From contig MU053594.1 of the NCBI GenBank assembly GCA_013239625.1, forward strand, positions 2,794,127-2,858,126: DNA of 64,000 bases. The letters are read 5' to 3'. The DNA comes from Lama guanicoe. Taxonomy: Eukaryota. Under the pieces are notes generated by a model. That model was not told the origin of the DNA and did not search any database. It was given only the letters and a program-made list of their open reading frames with translations. Below, in pieces: positions 25,530 through 38,335 of the stretch (position 1 is the stretch's first letter; each line of letters begins with the position of its first letter). The translations under genes were made by a program, and so were the position numbers.

Positions 25530-25715
25530 ATAATTTTTAAAGGTTACTTTTCATTTAGAGTTATTACAAAACATTGACTGTATTCCCGTGTTGTACAATA
25601 CATCCCTGAGCCTATCATATACCCAATAGTTTGTACCTCCTGTGTCCCCACCATCTATTGCCCCTCCCCCACACTGGTGACCATTAGCTTGTTTCTGTAT
25701 CTGTGAGTCTGCTTA
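25530..25715 (-). mobile_element. L1 3' UTR fragment (L1_Art-like)
   Basis: GTTATTACAAAACATTGACTGTATTCCCGTGTTGTACAATACATCC...TGTATCTGTGAGTCTG; homologous to 30420-30635. Confidence 0.8.
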
Positions 25716-26094
25716 TTTGATGTGAAATGCTGAAATATACCAAACACCTACAGCTATATTTTAAACTACCAACATTGGCTTTTCCTATTACGGCATTAGC
25801 ACTAGTAAGTTAGCAAATGTATTTGTCATAAAGTGTTACACAGGAATTGGAGAAAAAAATGCATTTAGTTAACACATTTCTCATACTGATCTCAAAGATG
25901 CATGACCTGTTTACCCCTGTCATAAAGTCAAACGTTGTAGAGCAGTGCTGATTCAAAAGAGAACAGGATGACTCACTTCAGATAAAGCTGGACAAACCTT
26001 TACATAAAAGAAAGATTTATAGACCCTAACAATTGACTCCTTAAAAATAATAATAGTTGTGGTATATAGTAATAATATATAATGTAATATAAAT

Positions 26095-26290
26095 ATAGCA
26101 ACAGCAGCTAACATTTGTGAGCAGAAAATATACACCTCACGTTCTACACATGAGATCATTTAATAAACACAGCAACCCTACTGAGGAAAATACTACTATT
26201 ATCTTCATTTTACATATAAGTCATTTGTCCAAAGTTATGCAGCTAGTAAGTAATGGATTCAGGACTCAAACCCAGGCAGCTATTTTCACT
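26095..26290 (-). mobile_element. MIR
   Basis: CAGCTAACATTTG...CACAGCAACCCTA...TTGTCCAAAGTTATGCAGCTAGTAAGT...GGACTCAAACCCAGGCAG. Confidence 0.7.
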
Positions 26291-26425
26291 ATGCAACAAA
26301 ACAAATGCCCAGAAAAACAAAAAATTCTGGTACTACTATAACATTTATTATAATTGAAAGAGGCAGGGTAAAAACTAACTAAAAGAGAGCTTATAGTACC
26401 TGGAGGTGAGGAAAGAACTAAATGT

Positions 26426-26690
26426 AGCATCTCTCAAACATTGCTTCATAGGAAAAACTCAAAACAGTTCCATGATTTAATAAGTTTGTGAAATACTGGA
26501 TTAAGCCAAGTGAAACAATGTTTCTTGCTAGAGTGTGTCTCAGTCTTAATACGCAGATATACATTGAGAATCTCTGAAATGGAGAGATGGAAGGGAGAAG
26601 TCATTAAATTGAGAACATTTTCTTTTTAAAGGGGCATGTCTGAAGAATTGCACTGAAGTTTTCCAACTCAGGTTTTAGAAAAATTGATCT
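26426..26690 (+). mobile_element. hAT-Charlie MITE (MER103C-like)
   Basis: AATAAGTTTGTGAAATACTGGATTAAGCCAAGTGAAACAATGTTTCTT...CATTGAGAATCTC matches recalled MER103C. Confidence 0.6.
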
Positions 26691-26813
26691 GATGGAGAAA
26701 CTAGGGAAGCAGAGCCTGGGTGAGGAGAAGGGCAGTAGATGTCAAGTACAGAGTTTAACGGAGGGTCAGTAGGGGAGCTCAGTCACAGTCAATTTATAGG
26801 TATTACTGAAATG

Positions 26814-26943
26814 CATAACATAACATAATATAACATAACATAACATAACATAACATAACATACATAACATTACATTACATTACATACATAACGTAACGTA
26901 ACATAACGTAATATAACATAACGTAATGTAACATAACATAACA
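26814..26943. repeat. Compound pentanucleotide microsatellite (CATAA/CATTA/CGTAA)n
   Basis: Directly visible 5-bp periodicity. Confidence 0.95.
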
Positions 26944-27371
26944 TCACTGAAAGTTCTGTAGGAATCCAGGAGGTCAAGAAGTCACTCTTTTGGCAGCTTC
27001 TCCTCTACGCGGGAGGGAGGGAGGCTGTTTACCCACTTAAGCCTGATGATGACCTGCGTCTACCTACTGACAGCCAAACAGACAGCAGCCTGGTACCTCC
27101 CATGCTGAAGGGGACAGAACAGCAACAGTAGAGGACTGCCAAGGCAGGGACCACTATCCAGTTAGGCTTGCTGTTTCAAAGGATCCATGGGACCAACGTC
27201 AGAGGAGGAGAGGAGGCAAAATGGGAGGACTGCTGCCATTTCTGGTGGATATGAGAGGTACCAACTGGAACGTGAATATATACACAGAACTCTCCTAAGG
27301 GCTTCCTGAACTGGTTCAGAGGAATGTGAGTGTGGCTGGAGTCTCCTCAGTTCTGATGCTGAGCCAGAAAA

Positions 27372-27570
27372 ATGGTAACAATTGTAGATACTAGTTGTTG
27401 AACCCTTAACCAGGTGCTGGGCACTTTTGTTAATAATTTCATTTTATTTAATCCTCAAACAACCCTATGATGTGGGTACTATTATTATTCTCACTTTACA
27501 GTTAAAGAAACCAAGGCAGAGTTAAGTTTGTATGAAGCAAAGAGCTAGGAAACCAGAACCAAACAGCCAA
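27372..27570 (-). mobile_element. MIR
   Basis: TTAATCCTCAAACAACCCTATGATGTGGGTACTATTATTATTCTCACTTTACAGTTAAAGAAACCAAGGC. Confidence 0.75.
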
Positions 27571-27689
27571 GTTTTAAAATGTAGCTCCTACAGCTCTTGC
27601 TTAAACCCTCCTGTGGTACCTCTTTCATCTCAAGTCAGACTCCTTATCCTGGATCAAGATCAAAGTCACCTGGCTCCAGCCTATCTCTC

Positions 27690-28226
27690 TGTTCTGCATA
27701 TCATTTGCTGAGATACAAAATATCCCCAAATGTAGTGGTTTAAAACAACCACCATTGAATCCTATCTCATGATTTCGTATGTCAGGACCTTGGGCAAGGC
27801 TCAGCCAGATGGTTCTTCCGTCTCATGAGGCATTGACTGGAATCACTTGGTGGCATTGAGCTGGCAGCTAAGCTGATCTGAGATGATTTCCCTCATTTGT
27901 CTGGCACCTTGGCAGAGACGACAGCTGGAGGTTGGGTTCTGCTGGGCCCCATCCTTTCCCTGTATTCTTAGGGTCTCTCCACGTGATCTGTCTAGGAGGT
28001 GGTCAGCCTTCTTACATGTCAGTTTAGGGCCATGGAATATCTAAGATGGAGTGTCAGTCATCCTAAAGTCTAGCTCAGAACTTGCCCAGCATCACTTCAG
28101 CCACACTCTGGTGTTCAAAACAGTCGGAGTCCAGCCCAGGTTCAAGGGGAGGAGAAACAAACAGACCCAGTTCTCTATGCAGGGGGTGCGTCTCACAGTC
28201 TGGGTGGTCATCCTTCATCTGCCATA
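27690..28226 (-). mobile_element. MaLR solo LTR (MLT1G/H-like) inserted in an L2
   Basis: CCCCAAATGTAGTGGTTTAAAACAAC...GGGCAAGGCTCAGCCAGATGGTTCTTC...CAGCATCACTTCAGCCACACTCT...CAGCCCAGGTTCAAGGGGAGG. Confidence 0.75.
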
Positions 28227-28670
28227 TTCTCCACTCTCACCTCTTCCTCCTCTTCCCTCATTCACAGTGCTCTAGCCACATGGGCTGTCTTGCTGCTCCT
28301 CACATGGGCCAAGTTTATTCCTGTCCCAGCATCTTGTGTGCCTGTGCTGGGAGGGCTCCTGTCCTCCTGCTTTCTTCTTGTTGATCAGTTCTCAGCTTAA
28401 ATGCCACTTCTTCATAGTGGCCTCCTCCTCACCATTTTGTGTAGCCTTCCGTGGTCACCCAGTCCAGCTTCCCGATTCACTTTCATGGCATTACTGCCAT
28501 AGCTATGAAATAATCTCTCTGTCTTTTTGCTTTTCTTTCCCCCTATTTCCTCTCATTAGAATGGAAGACCCAGGAGCAGGGGCCTGTCCATCCTGCTGAC
28601 CCACTTGTTCTCAGCACTTAGAACCATGCTTGGCACAAAATAAGTCTTTGGTAAATATCTGTCAAGTGAA
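28227..28670 (+). mobile_element. L2 3' portion (continues from ~27590-27690)
   Basis: CTCTAGCCACATGGGC...TCTCAGCTTAAATGCCACTTC...CAGCACTTAGAACCATGCTTGGCACA...TAAATATCTGT. Confidence 0.7.
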
Positions 28671-29819
28671 AGTATAGTAGTGAATTGGGATTCAAAACTA
28701 GCTCCGATTGACTCCAGAGCTAAAACCAAGCTGTTTTTGTAACCCTTTGAATTCCAGGCAGATGTGGGCAGCCTAGGCCCTCAGGCAAAGTATTACATAA
28801 AGAAGACAGCTCCATGGACACAGGTAGCAAAACAGCTTTACCAGCAAGGAGGCTGCAGCTAGGCCCAGCTACACTGCAAATTCAAAGAGAAAACCCCATC
28901 CCAGCAAAGCCCAAACATTTCTTTACCTGATTTCATTTCAGTCATTTTTGTTTTGACTCTTGGAGATGAAACATCCCCAAGATGTGGTGTTGCCTCAAGG
29001 CCTCCCACAGCCCAGGTCTTGTTTCTGGCTGGGCCCCCCCCCAACAATCCACTTCTCCAGGGCCACACGACTGAGCTTTGCCCCATTCCACCTGGAATTG
29101 GGCCACAGCCATGTTTGTGCTGAGGCTTCAGGGAAACAGGATTTATAAACGCTTGTTTCCTCTGAGTCACTGCACAGACTTGTCCCTTCAGCACAAACAT
29201 TCCGTTTGGTGTTATAATTGGGGAAGGAGGAGGTGGAAGCCAAGGCTAATTGGATCGAGTTTGAATGGAAAGGGGAAGTGAGAAAATTTAAATAGATTTT
29301 TCTATATTGGTGAACATCACAAAGGAACCCTTATCAGGGTTTCAGAGGCATGCACAGAGTTTCATCTCTATTTATTTATTTGCCTTAGTGAGAGAAAAAT
29401 TTCACAGAGTAATTTTTTCCTCTTAAGCTTCCATAAAAATGCTGGAAACATGGCAAAAATTTTACAAAAACAATTTAAGAACAATTAATGCATGTGTAAC
29501 CTTTTAAAAGTTTATATTAAAGGCTCTTTACTAAATAAAAAAGAATTTTCCTTCTAATTTCCAGGCATTGTTGACTACACTAGTTTTTCAATAACCGTCT
29601 ATTGGTTTTTATCATTATTAAGTTTTCTATGACATGCATTTCAGATCGGAAAAATTAATTCTTTATTTTCTGCCTTTTAAAGAAGTCATTCTACCTCATA
29701 ACTTAGTGCCAGGCTTCTCATCTGCAGAATTTGGCTTATAACAGTAGCACTTGCTCATAAATAACTCAGAAAGTGATTATGAAACTCAGGTATAATTAAT
29801 TAAATAATGGATATAAAAA

Positions 29820-30032
29820 TATGACTCCTAATTCATCCACTGAGGGGAAATGGTTCCCACACCACCAAGCAATTCTCAGACACCAGTTGGGTGTCCTGCA
29901 AGTCAGCTCAATTCTCACACCATCTACCAGGAGAGAGCATTGAACCCCACAGGTTAAGGGCTTAGTCCTGCAAATCTTTCCCCGCAACCCTCACTTCAAA
30001 TGCCAACCGCAAGTCCAGGTTGTCGCCTGTGC
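29820..30032 (-). mobile_element. ERVL-type LTR fragment (MER21-like)
   Basis: CCCACACCACCAAGCAATTCTCAGACACCAGTTGGGTGTCCT...CCCACAGGTTAAGGGCTTAGTCC...CAAGTCCAGGTTGTC. Confidence 0.75.
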
Positions 30033-30034
30033 CA

Positions 30035-30240
30035 TCGTTTCCTGGCATTTCCCCATGGGAATAAGCTCCCGTCCCCCACTTTGGTGGTTGGTATGGTAAC
30101 ACACCCCTTCCTCACTGCCTTCCCTATTCCTTTATCAATTCCTTTCCACCTGCTGGCACTTCAAGGAATCACCTCCTAGAGTATTTGCATTTGAATCCTT
30201 GCCTTAGGAATTACTTCCAGAGGAAAACCCATACTGAGGT
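30035..30240 (+). mobile_element. ERVL LTR 3' part (LTR16-like)
   Basis: GAATCACCTCC...TTGCATTTGAATCCTTGCCTTAGG...ACTTCCAGAGGAAAACCCA. Confidence 0.55.
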
Positions 30241-30419
30241 AGTTTTCTTCCTTACAAAGTTATGCTTATAAGGCCTAGACAAGCCAGATAGCTTTGTATA
30301 AAATAAAAACTCCACTTTATTACACATCTAACTACCTTATTCATCTTGGTTATTGTTGTTACCTTATAGATATCTAAAATATAGTAAGAAAATTTATCTT
30401 TTTAAAAGTTTTTTTAACT

Positions 30420-30635
30420 TAAAAATTTTTTTTATTTTTATATGATTTTTAAAGCCTGCTTTCCATTTACAGTTATTATAAAATATTGGCTACATTCCCC
30501 ACGTTGTACAATACATCTCTGAGCCGGTCTTACACCCAGTAGTTTATAACCCTCTACTTCCACACCATACCATTCCTCCTCCCTCCCCGCTGGTAACGAC
30601 TATTTTGTTCTCTATATGTGTGAGTCTGTGTCTTT
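30420..30635 (-). mobile_element. L1 3' UTR fragment (L1_Art-like)
   Basis: CCATTTACAGTTATTATAAAATATTGGCTACATTCCCCACGTTGTACAATACATC...CTGGTAACGACTA. Confidence 0.8.
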
Positions 30636-33009
30636 AACAGGAACTGCGTCATTTATCTTCATGCACAGCCCTAAGAGATAGAGAAAAGGCTGGATGAGGT
30701 TAAAAGATTTGTCAGAGTTACAGTGTCAGTAAGAGAACTGGACCTTAAGCCATAGTCTTTTTTAACAACAGATTCTGAGCTTTTCCCACACCCCCAGACT
30801 GCTGGGTGAGACAACGTATGTGGTTGAAAGCTGACTTCTCTCCGTTCATGGCAAAGTGACTTTAAGTGCATGTCCTTCTCTTAGGGTCAGGAGTACCATC
30901 TCTGTATAAAAAATGTGAACTTTTCAAGCTGTCCTTTTTATATGAGAGAATGGTCATCCCTTAACACCCCCAGAAAGGGCCTGAATGGCAGAGCTCTGAG
31001 GAAAGAGACTAAGCGGACACAGAGCATAGTAGTCTGATTTTCACTGTTAACACTCAGGAAGGCTATGGAGGTGGAAAGCGTCTTGGTAGGTCAACTGTGA
31101 GGGCCTGAAGTCAGAGGCATTGACGGGTTTGGGAATGTGGGTGAACTTGGCACCTCCCGATTGCTCTGGCATTCTCCTTTCTCTTCTAAGAAAAGCTCTA
31201 GTTTCTCTTCCGTGAAGCAAGGCTGGTGTCGTCAACCTCTGTTACCAATGTTTCTTGCTATGTGAGAAGATCTAAAAGAGAAATGCTTGTCCTTTCTTCT
31301 TAGTACTATCGCATACCTACTCTGCCGCCGTTGTAATGATGGTGAGCTCAGCTGCAAGGCAAGCAAGACGCTCAGTCACGTGAGTCAGTGAGAAAAGCGA
31401 GACGCTGGAATCAGGACTGAGGCAACAGGCCCCTGACCCTTGGAGCTGGCTGTCTCAGTGCCAGTGTCCAGAACTACAGGATATTCCAAAACCAAACCAG
31501 TGGATGGACCCAGTGCCAAGGGAGTTGGATAGAAGTAATATCACATTCAACTGGAAAGGGGCAACATGGCTCGAGTCAACATAGATTTGCATTCAGAAGC
31601 TGGGTGAGGTGTAGATCAGAGTCCAGCCTGGTATGGATTCCACAGGCCGTCAAAACTAGATTTCAGGAAGGGGATTCAGCCCTTGCTCAATAGTCCAATG
31701 GACTGTTGGACAAGAAAGCAAGGCATACACTTAATTTTTCTGATGGAGGAGGACTTCAAGGAAGAGTATGGCCAGGTGGGCAAGTGTCCAGAGTCCCCTG
31801 CAAGCATATCCGGGGGTCGATGGGTCGATGTCGATGGGTCAATGTAGCACGATGAATTCTAGACTATAAAACTTGATTGAGATGGGCTGTAGGGCAGTGG
31901 GGGCAGGGAGCCTCCTAAACTACTCTCTACTTTGGCCTAGGTCATTTCAGGAATCTCCATGGAGATGAGCTGGTATGTTGCTTATGGCGAACAGGATGGG
32001 GGAAGGAACGAGCTTTGTGAGGACAACAGAGGAATATACGCTGTGGTCCCTGCCCTCAAGGAGTTGGCAATCCTGTTAGGGAGCCAAGCTACACCTCCAT
32101 TAAAGAGTCAAGAACAGTTTCAAAGAACTCTGTAATTGAAGGACAAAATCGAACAGCAAGTGAGAAGGTGATTACTTTGAGCTGGAGTAACTGGCAGTGG
32201 CTTCAAGGAGAACACAGTGCATTAGACTGGGCAGTCTTGGAAGCAAAAAGTGCAAAGCAGATGCTGGTTACACTAAACAGCCTTATTTGCAAGGCTTATT
32301 GACTTGAAGCCTTTGGAAAAGTAATCGACTTGGCTCATTAATGTTTCCTATGAATATGAAGGACCACAGTCATTCCCACCTGCAGCTTCCTAAATATGCA
32401 AACTGTCATTTAATACATACCCTGTCTCTCCATCGTCTCCTCCTCTGAGATCTGAGGAGAACTGCAGTGGGACATGGACTCTGAAGTCTTCTAGACTTGG
32501 CCTTAGATCACTACTTTGGGGTGTTCCACTGATTGCCCAGGAAAGACTCTTAGGATGCACTCTGGAACAGCTCTTTGAGGAGGAAAGTGACAAGAATGCT
32601 ATTTCCCTCACCCATGAGAAGATCTGGCACTCAGAATTTGCCAGGGGTTTCTTTGGGTTACTATGGAGACCCAAATCCCATCCACCTGCCTTCTCCCTAG
32701 CATTCTCATATGAACACAACATAGAGGAGACTTTTCATTGTCATCTGAGCCATCCCAAGACTTTGGAGGTAGCATAGGGAAATGGAAACCTCAGGGGGAA
32801 ATGGAAATGACAGAGGCTCTAAAGTTCAGAGGCTAGAAATAAAGTTTCTGCTTAGCTGAGTGCCCTTAGGCAAATTACATAATGTCTCTGTAAAGTGAGG
32901 AAATTATTTACATTTGAAGTTAGGAGAATTAACTGAAATAATTCAAGTAAACATTACTGAGCAGCTTTTATGTTACAGATTTGGAATTAGACACTGAGGA
33001 TGCGAAGAT

Positions 33010-34075
33010 TTATTCATTCATTCATTTACTCATTCACTCATTCTGAAAATGTTTACTGAGCAACTACTATTAGCCTCATGAATAAAACGAAGCTCCACCT
33101 TATGTTCTACTGCAAGACATAAGCAAAAACACAGAACCTTATAGATGCATAATGTGTCTGTAGCACAATTAATTAGTGCTATAAGGAAAAACAGAGCAGA
33201 ATAAGGGGGCAGAGACTGATGGGGAGGCAGGTAGAGAGTAGGACTATTCTAAACAGAGTGCTTAGGGAAGGCCTCTCCCAGGCGGTGACATTTAAGCAGA
33301 AGCTGGAATGATGTAACGGGGCAAGCCAAGTGGTTATCTGGGGGAAGAGCATTCCCAAAGAGGGGGTGAGGTGTTGTAAAAGGGCCAGACTGGGTCGAGC
33401 CTTGGAGACACTGGGAAGAAGTTCTGAGTGTCCTGGGAATCTACTAGAGAATATTGACCAGGGAAGTAATGAGATACGGATTTATATTTTCAAAGAATAA
33501 CTGACTATTGCAAAGAGGATGGACGTGAGGAAGGCAGATGAGAATGGAAGAAGGAAAAGTTAAGAAAGGTTAGGAGAGAGAATGATGACTAAGACTGGGA
33601 GGCAGCGATAGGGGAGGTAGTTAGAAGTGACTGTATCTGAGATAAAATTTTAAGATAAAATTAATATAATTTTCCAATGTATTGTATGTGGGTACAAGAG
33701 GACTCCATAAAAGTCAGAAGGGACGCCCAAGATTTTTGATATGAGCAATTGGATGAACATTAGCATCATTCACTATGATTGGCAAGAAAAAGATTTCAAG
33801 GGAAAGGAAGTCGAAAGTTCAGTTTTGTACAGGGTGGGATTAAGACACCAAGTAGAGATGTCTGGTAGGTGTCTGGATATGTGAGTGTGGAGTTCTGGGG
33901 AGAGATCTTGGCCCGTGACATAAATATGGGAACCATCAGGATATAGATGGCATTTAAAACCATGAGCTCACCAAAAGTTAGGACAGATGGAGAAGGAAAG
34001 AAATGCAAAAACTCAAGCCCTAGGTAACTCCACTGTTTAGAATTTGGGAGAAGAGAAGAATGAGACAAAGACGAG
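33010..34075 (-). mobile_element. L2 (long, L2a-like)
   Basis: (ATTC)n tail, AGGGAAGGCCTCTCC...GGGGAAGAGCATTCC, GAGCAATTGGATGAA, GGATATGTGAGTGTGGAGTTCTGGG, TAGATGGCATTTAAAACCATGAG. Confidence 0.85.
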
Positions 34076-34240
34076 TAAGTCTCACCCTCAAGGAGCTCGC
34101 CAGTATGTAAAGTAACTAGCACCGCATCTGGGACATATCAGAGAATCAATACACATTGGTTTTCCTTTCTTTACCTTTGATAGAGTCACTGGACTTTAAG
34201 GAGAGGCAGGTAACCATGTGAATTAAAATGACAACACCTA

Positions 34241-34379
34241 GAGGGAAGGGTATAGCTCAAGTGTTAGAGCGCATACTCAGCATCCAAGAGATCCCGGGTT
34301 CAATCCCCAGTACCTCCCCCAAGTGGAAATCAATGAACAAACCTAATTACCTCCCTCTCAGAAAACAAACAATACAAGT
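34241..34379 (+). mobile_element. tRNA-derived SINE, Vic-1 type
   Basis: GGGTATAGCTCAAGTGTTAGAGCGCA...GGGTTCAATCCCCAGTACCTCC...AAACCTAATTACCTCCC; flanking repeat AAAATGACA at 34225-34233 / 34380-34388 at a TT/AAAA site. Confidence 0.92.
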
Positions 34380-34739
34380 AAAATGACATCTATTCCTCCT
34401 GGGGCATATCTGTGCTTTGGGGGAAGGAAGCCTGTGTGCCTTGTTAAGAGTCATGGTCCTTGTCTTAGGCAGCCCAGTAGTTGACAGCCATCTCAAGACT
34501 GCTTGGCCATCTCACTGGAGCATCCATTCATTGCAGGGCAGGAGAACTAGATGAGGTGATGGTGGGAAATGGATTGAAGGTCAAAATGCTTGCTGATCTG
34601 TTCACAGAAAACATTTCATTTTAATATATGTTTCTTCTTAAGGAGCCACAAAAGTGTGTAGGAAAAAGGGAACATATTTCATATTCTTGTGTTTGTTCCA
34701 TAAGGATAATGAGGTTGGAAAACAGAAAGTAACACTGGA

Positions 34740-34920
34740 GGATAATACAGAGCACTAGGTTTGGAGTCAGAGAAATTAGATTTGGCAAGTCTCTTAAGGT
34801 CTCTAAACCTCACTTTCCTTCTTTAAAAATGGGGATAAGAATAGTAATATCTACTTGACAAAGCATTGATGAAGCTCAATTGAGAGATTGTATATAAAAT
34901 ACATTAGGCAATATAAAATG
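34740..34920 (+). mobile_element. MIR
   Basis: AGAGCACTAGGTTTGGAGTCAGA...GGCAAGTCTCTTAA...CCTCACTTTCCTTCTTTAAAAATGGGGATAAGAATAG. Confidence 0.7.
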
Positions 34921-34969
34921 CCAACTATGTGCTTGTTAGAAATTTCTCTGCTTATGATGTTTTGAAAAC

Positions 34970-35494
34970 ATGAAATGATGGTTTTCAAATATGTCCAAAA
35001 ATTCTTTAACATTCTTTCTTCAAAAGGTTGAATCTAGTCCTTCCCTCCTTGAACGTGTGCCAGATTTAGTGAATCACTTCTAATAAATCAAACACAAGGG
35101 AAGTGACTCTATGTGAGTTCTAAGTCTAGATCGTATAAAGGAGGGATTCTACCTGTTTCTTATTTTTCATGGTTTGGGAGAAACCTGCCACCATGTGATT
35201 AGGATACTCAAGCAGCCCTATGGAGAGACCCACATGGAGAGAACAGAGGCCTCACACCAACAGCCAGCACCAGCTTCAACCTTGGAAGTGGTTACTCCAG
35301 CCCCATTCAGCCACCAGATGATTGTAAGTCCAGCCAACATCTTGGCTACAACCTGAGAGACCCGTGAGCCAGAAATAATCAGTCAAGAAACCTCTGAGCT
35401 CCTGATTGACAGAAACTGGGAGAAATCATCAATGTGTTTTAAGTCACTAGGTTTGGAGGTAACTTGTTACACAGCAAGAGATGATTAACATACA
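34970..35494 (+). mobile_element. MaLR solo LTR (MLT1F-like)
   Basis: CTGCCACCATGTGATTAGGATACTCAAGCAGCCCTATGGAGAGACCCACATGG...TTTAAGTCACTAGGTTTGGAGGTAACTTGTTACACAGCAA. Confidence 0.85.
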
Positions 35495-35999
35495 TGATCA
35501 CATCAGCCAAAGTCTTGTTAAAGAATGAGGTGTGACATTTTTCAACAGTAGCTTGAATACATGGGTGGTGAAAGTGAAGTAGAGAGGAAAGAACACTGAG
35601 CGAGAACCAAAGCAGTACGGATTCTGGTCCCAGTGCAGCCATGAGGTAATGGTGCCAAAGGCAACTTCACATTTTCATCTCCAGTCTCTTCATCTCTAAT
35701 GAGAAGAATACTTTCTGGGATGCTTCTAGATCTCTGATTTCTCATTCTCGGAAGGCTAATTTGACTCCTGGGGTTAAGGTGAGCTGTTTCCTGATCAGAA
35801 CACCATGTGCACACGTGAACAGGTTCCACCCGAGTCCTTCTAGTACTTTCTTGTCTTATAATCTGTCAGTGTATTGGCCAAGGTCTACCTCCTCCAACCA
35901 GCTTACAGATACACTTGAAATTCCACAACCAAGAATTGATTCCTTGGCTTTGTCTAATATTAAAATGTACATTCCAGCAAGATCCCTTTAATGAACAGA

Positions 36000-36440
36000 A
36001 TACTGCAACAAATTATCACAAACTTAGAGGCTTAAAAGTACCCACCTTTATTATCTTACAGTTCTAGAGGTCAAAAGTCCAAAATTAGTCTCAGTGTGCT
36101 AAAATCAAGGTGTCAGCCAGGCTGTGTTTCTTCTGGAATTCACTTCCTTGTGTTTTGTGGCTCCTAGAAGACCCTGCATTCCTTGGCTTCTGGCTGCACA
36201 TTACTCCAGCTGCTGCTTTGTTGTCATATCTCCTTCTCTGATTCTGACCCTCCTGCTTCCGTCTTCTAGGACCCTTGCAATTACACTGGACACACTCCAA
36301 CTGGAAAATCCAGGATAATCTCCACATCTCAAGATGATGAGCAGTGCATCTGTAAAGTCTCTTTTGCCATGTGAGATAACATATTCCTAGGCTCTGGGGA
36401 TTAGAGCATGGACATCTTTGGGGACCATTATTCAGCTTCT
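36000..36440 (-). mobile_element. MaLR solo LTR (MLT1C/D-like)
   Basis: AACAAATTATCACAAACTTAGAGGCTTAAAA...GTTCTAGAGGTCAAAAGTCC...AATCCAGGATAATCTCC...GGACATCTTTGGGGACCATTATTCAGC. Confidence 0.85.
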
Positions 36441-36849
36441 GCTTTCAGACTCTTACTTTGAAGTTATTTATCCGACGATCTCAATTATGCAAGCCCTAGC
36501 CAAGAACTTGAAATTAGTTCAAAGGAAGCCTTTAAGACACCAAAATATAAAGTCCATACAATTTAATCATAAGAGAACTCCCTTAGGCTTTCACTCAATT
36601 AAGTTGAGTGAATAAAGATAAACCATTTACTATATATAATATTACTAGATGCTCTAAGGAATATCAAGAAGTCTAAAAATTAGTTTCTGCCATTTAAAAG
36701 ACTTGCTAGCTAAGAAGTATACAACAAGAGCATAAAGAACTGCATTACACGGCAAAATGTGGTCAAGCTGCCTCCTCAGTACAATATTAAGTAGGAAAGG
36801 GAACATAAGGAAGACTACTATTAGATGGGGATTTGAAGGAAGATGTCAG

Positions 36850-37320
36850 GGGGAATGAGGGGAGGAAACAAAGATGACATTAAGCATTCATGCCCAGGCA
36901 AGTAAATAAAATGAAGACATTGCCATCAATATGATCACAGAAGTCAAAATGGCTACAAGGAGAGGGTGGTGCTAGTCTCAGGCATGTGATGGGCACAGTT
37001 CAAGAATTATTCAAGAATATCTGGATCAAGATACCCAGCAGGTAGTTGGAAATAAGATACGCATTTGGAGCCAAGGAGAGAAGCTGGTGTTGGAAATATA
37101 AATGGGAAAGTCATTTCTACAGAGATAGAAATTAGCACTTTGGAGGTGGGTGAAATAAAAACTAAGAGGATTTAAGAGGACCAATGAAAGAAGTTCTAAA
37201 AGACAGGAAGATAGAGAGGCGCACACAAAGGAAAGAGGAAGAGTCAGAAAAACAGGGAAATCGGAACAATGAATATCACAAAAGTTAGGGAGGAGTTTCA
37301 AAAGAGAAGAGAAGGTCGGC
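36850..37320 (-). mobile_element. L2 fragment
   Basis: CCCAGCAGGTAGTTGGAAATA...TGGAGCCAAGGAGAGAAGCTGGTGTTGGAAATATAAATGGGAAAGTCAT. Confidence 0.65.
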
Positions 37321-37329
37321 ACTGTGGAC

Positions 37330-37615
37330 AGTTTCCAGTTACCAGTGTGAATGCAGAGTTGGAAGAGAAGCTCATATTAGACAATATTCCCACCATTCAG
37401 AGGCAAGAGATGAAATAACCTCAAGAGCAGAGACAATAGTAAAATAAGAAGTTATGACTTTTGACAATGTATTACCTTGGCTTCTAATATAATACATTTA
37501 ATTATATGTTTATATAATTTAATTTTTGATAATGGTGTTTTTAACAACAAGGTCAGATAATTCCTAGGAATGTAAAATGACAGACAGTTGCAAACCAGAA
37601 AGAGCCTGCTGTAGG
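37330..37615. mobile_element. hAT-Blackjack MITE (MER63-like)
   Basis: TTTAATTATATGTTTATATAATTTAATTTTTGATAATGGTGTTTTTAACAAC...AATTCCT matches recalled MER63. Confidence 0.6.
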
Positions 37616-37899
37616 CTGGCTTAGAAAGTCACAAATTCATTCAATCATTCATTCATTCACATTGATTTCATCTCTGCACTTTGCTAGAGCCTGGGTTAAT
37701 CACTGAGAAGATAAATATAAGTAAGAAGCAGTCTTTACACTTGAGAATCTCAGGTTAATGGGGTAGACATACTTCCAGACAGACACTAGAAGTATAGTGA
37801 GTGCCATAATAGAAGTGTGTACAGGTCTGACAGGAGCACAAAAGAGGGAATAATCAATCCTGCTGCATTAAAAAAAAAAGAGAGAGAGAGAAGGTCCTC

Positions 37900-38284
37900 T
37901 AATAACTAAAAATAGACTTACCATATGATCCAGCAATCTCACTCTTGGGCATATATTCAGGAGGGAAGTCTAATTCAAAAAGACACATGCACCCCAATGT
38001 TCATGGCAGGAGTATATACAATAGCCAAGACATAGAAGCAGCCTGAATGTCTATCAACAGATGACTGGATAAAGAAGATGGGGTATATGTGTACAGTGGA
38101 ATACTACTCAGCCATAAAAAATAATAAAATAATGCCATTTGCAGCAACATGGAAGGACCTGGAGATAGTCATTCTAAGTGAACTAAGGCAGAAAGAGAAA
38201 GAGAAATACCATATGATATCATTCATACACAGAATCTAAGAAAGAAAGAAAGAAGGAAAGAAGAAGGAAGGAAGGAAGGAAGGA

Positions 38285-38335
<51 letters not shown>

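Noticed and set aside
26814..26943. CRISPR-like or coded periodic array
   Set aside because: Simple 5-bp microsatellite with point variants and no spacers; the DNA is eukaryotic.
29245..29257. GGCTAATTGGATC shared with ~41197
   Set aside because: A single 13-mer match between two sites is expected by chance in 64 kb; no extended homology is visible.
32045..32075. miR-28/miR-151-like arm (CCCTGCCCTCAAGGAG)
   Set aside because: Generic L2 3' sequence with no adjacent inverted L2 arm to form the hairpin.
34241..34320. tRNA gene (A and B boxes present; also at 1-88 and 55281)
   Set aside because: The tRNA-like head is followed by a SINE body and A-rich tail with flanking TSDs, so it is a SINE.
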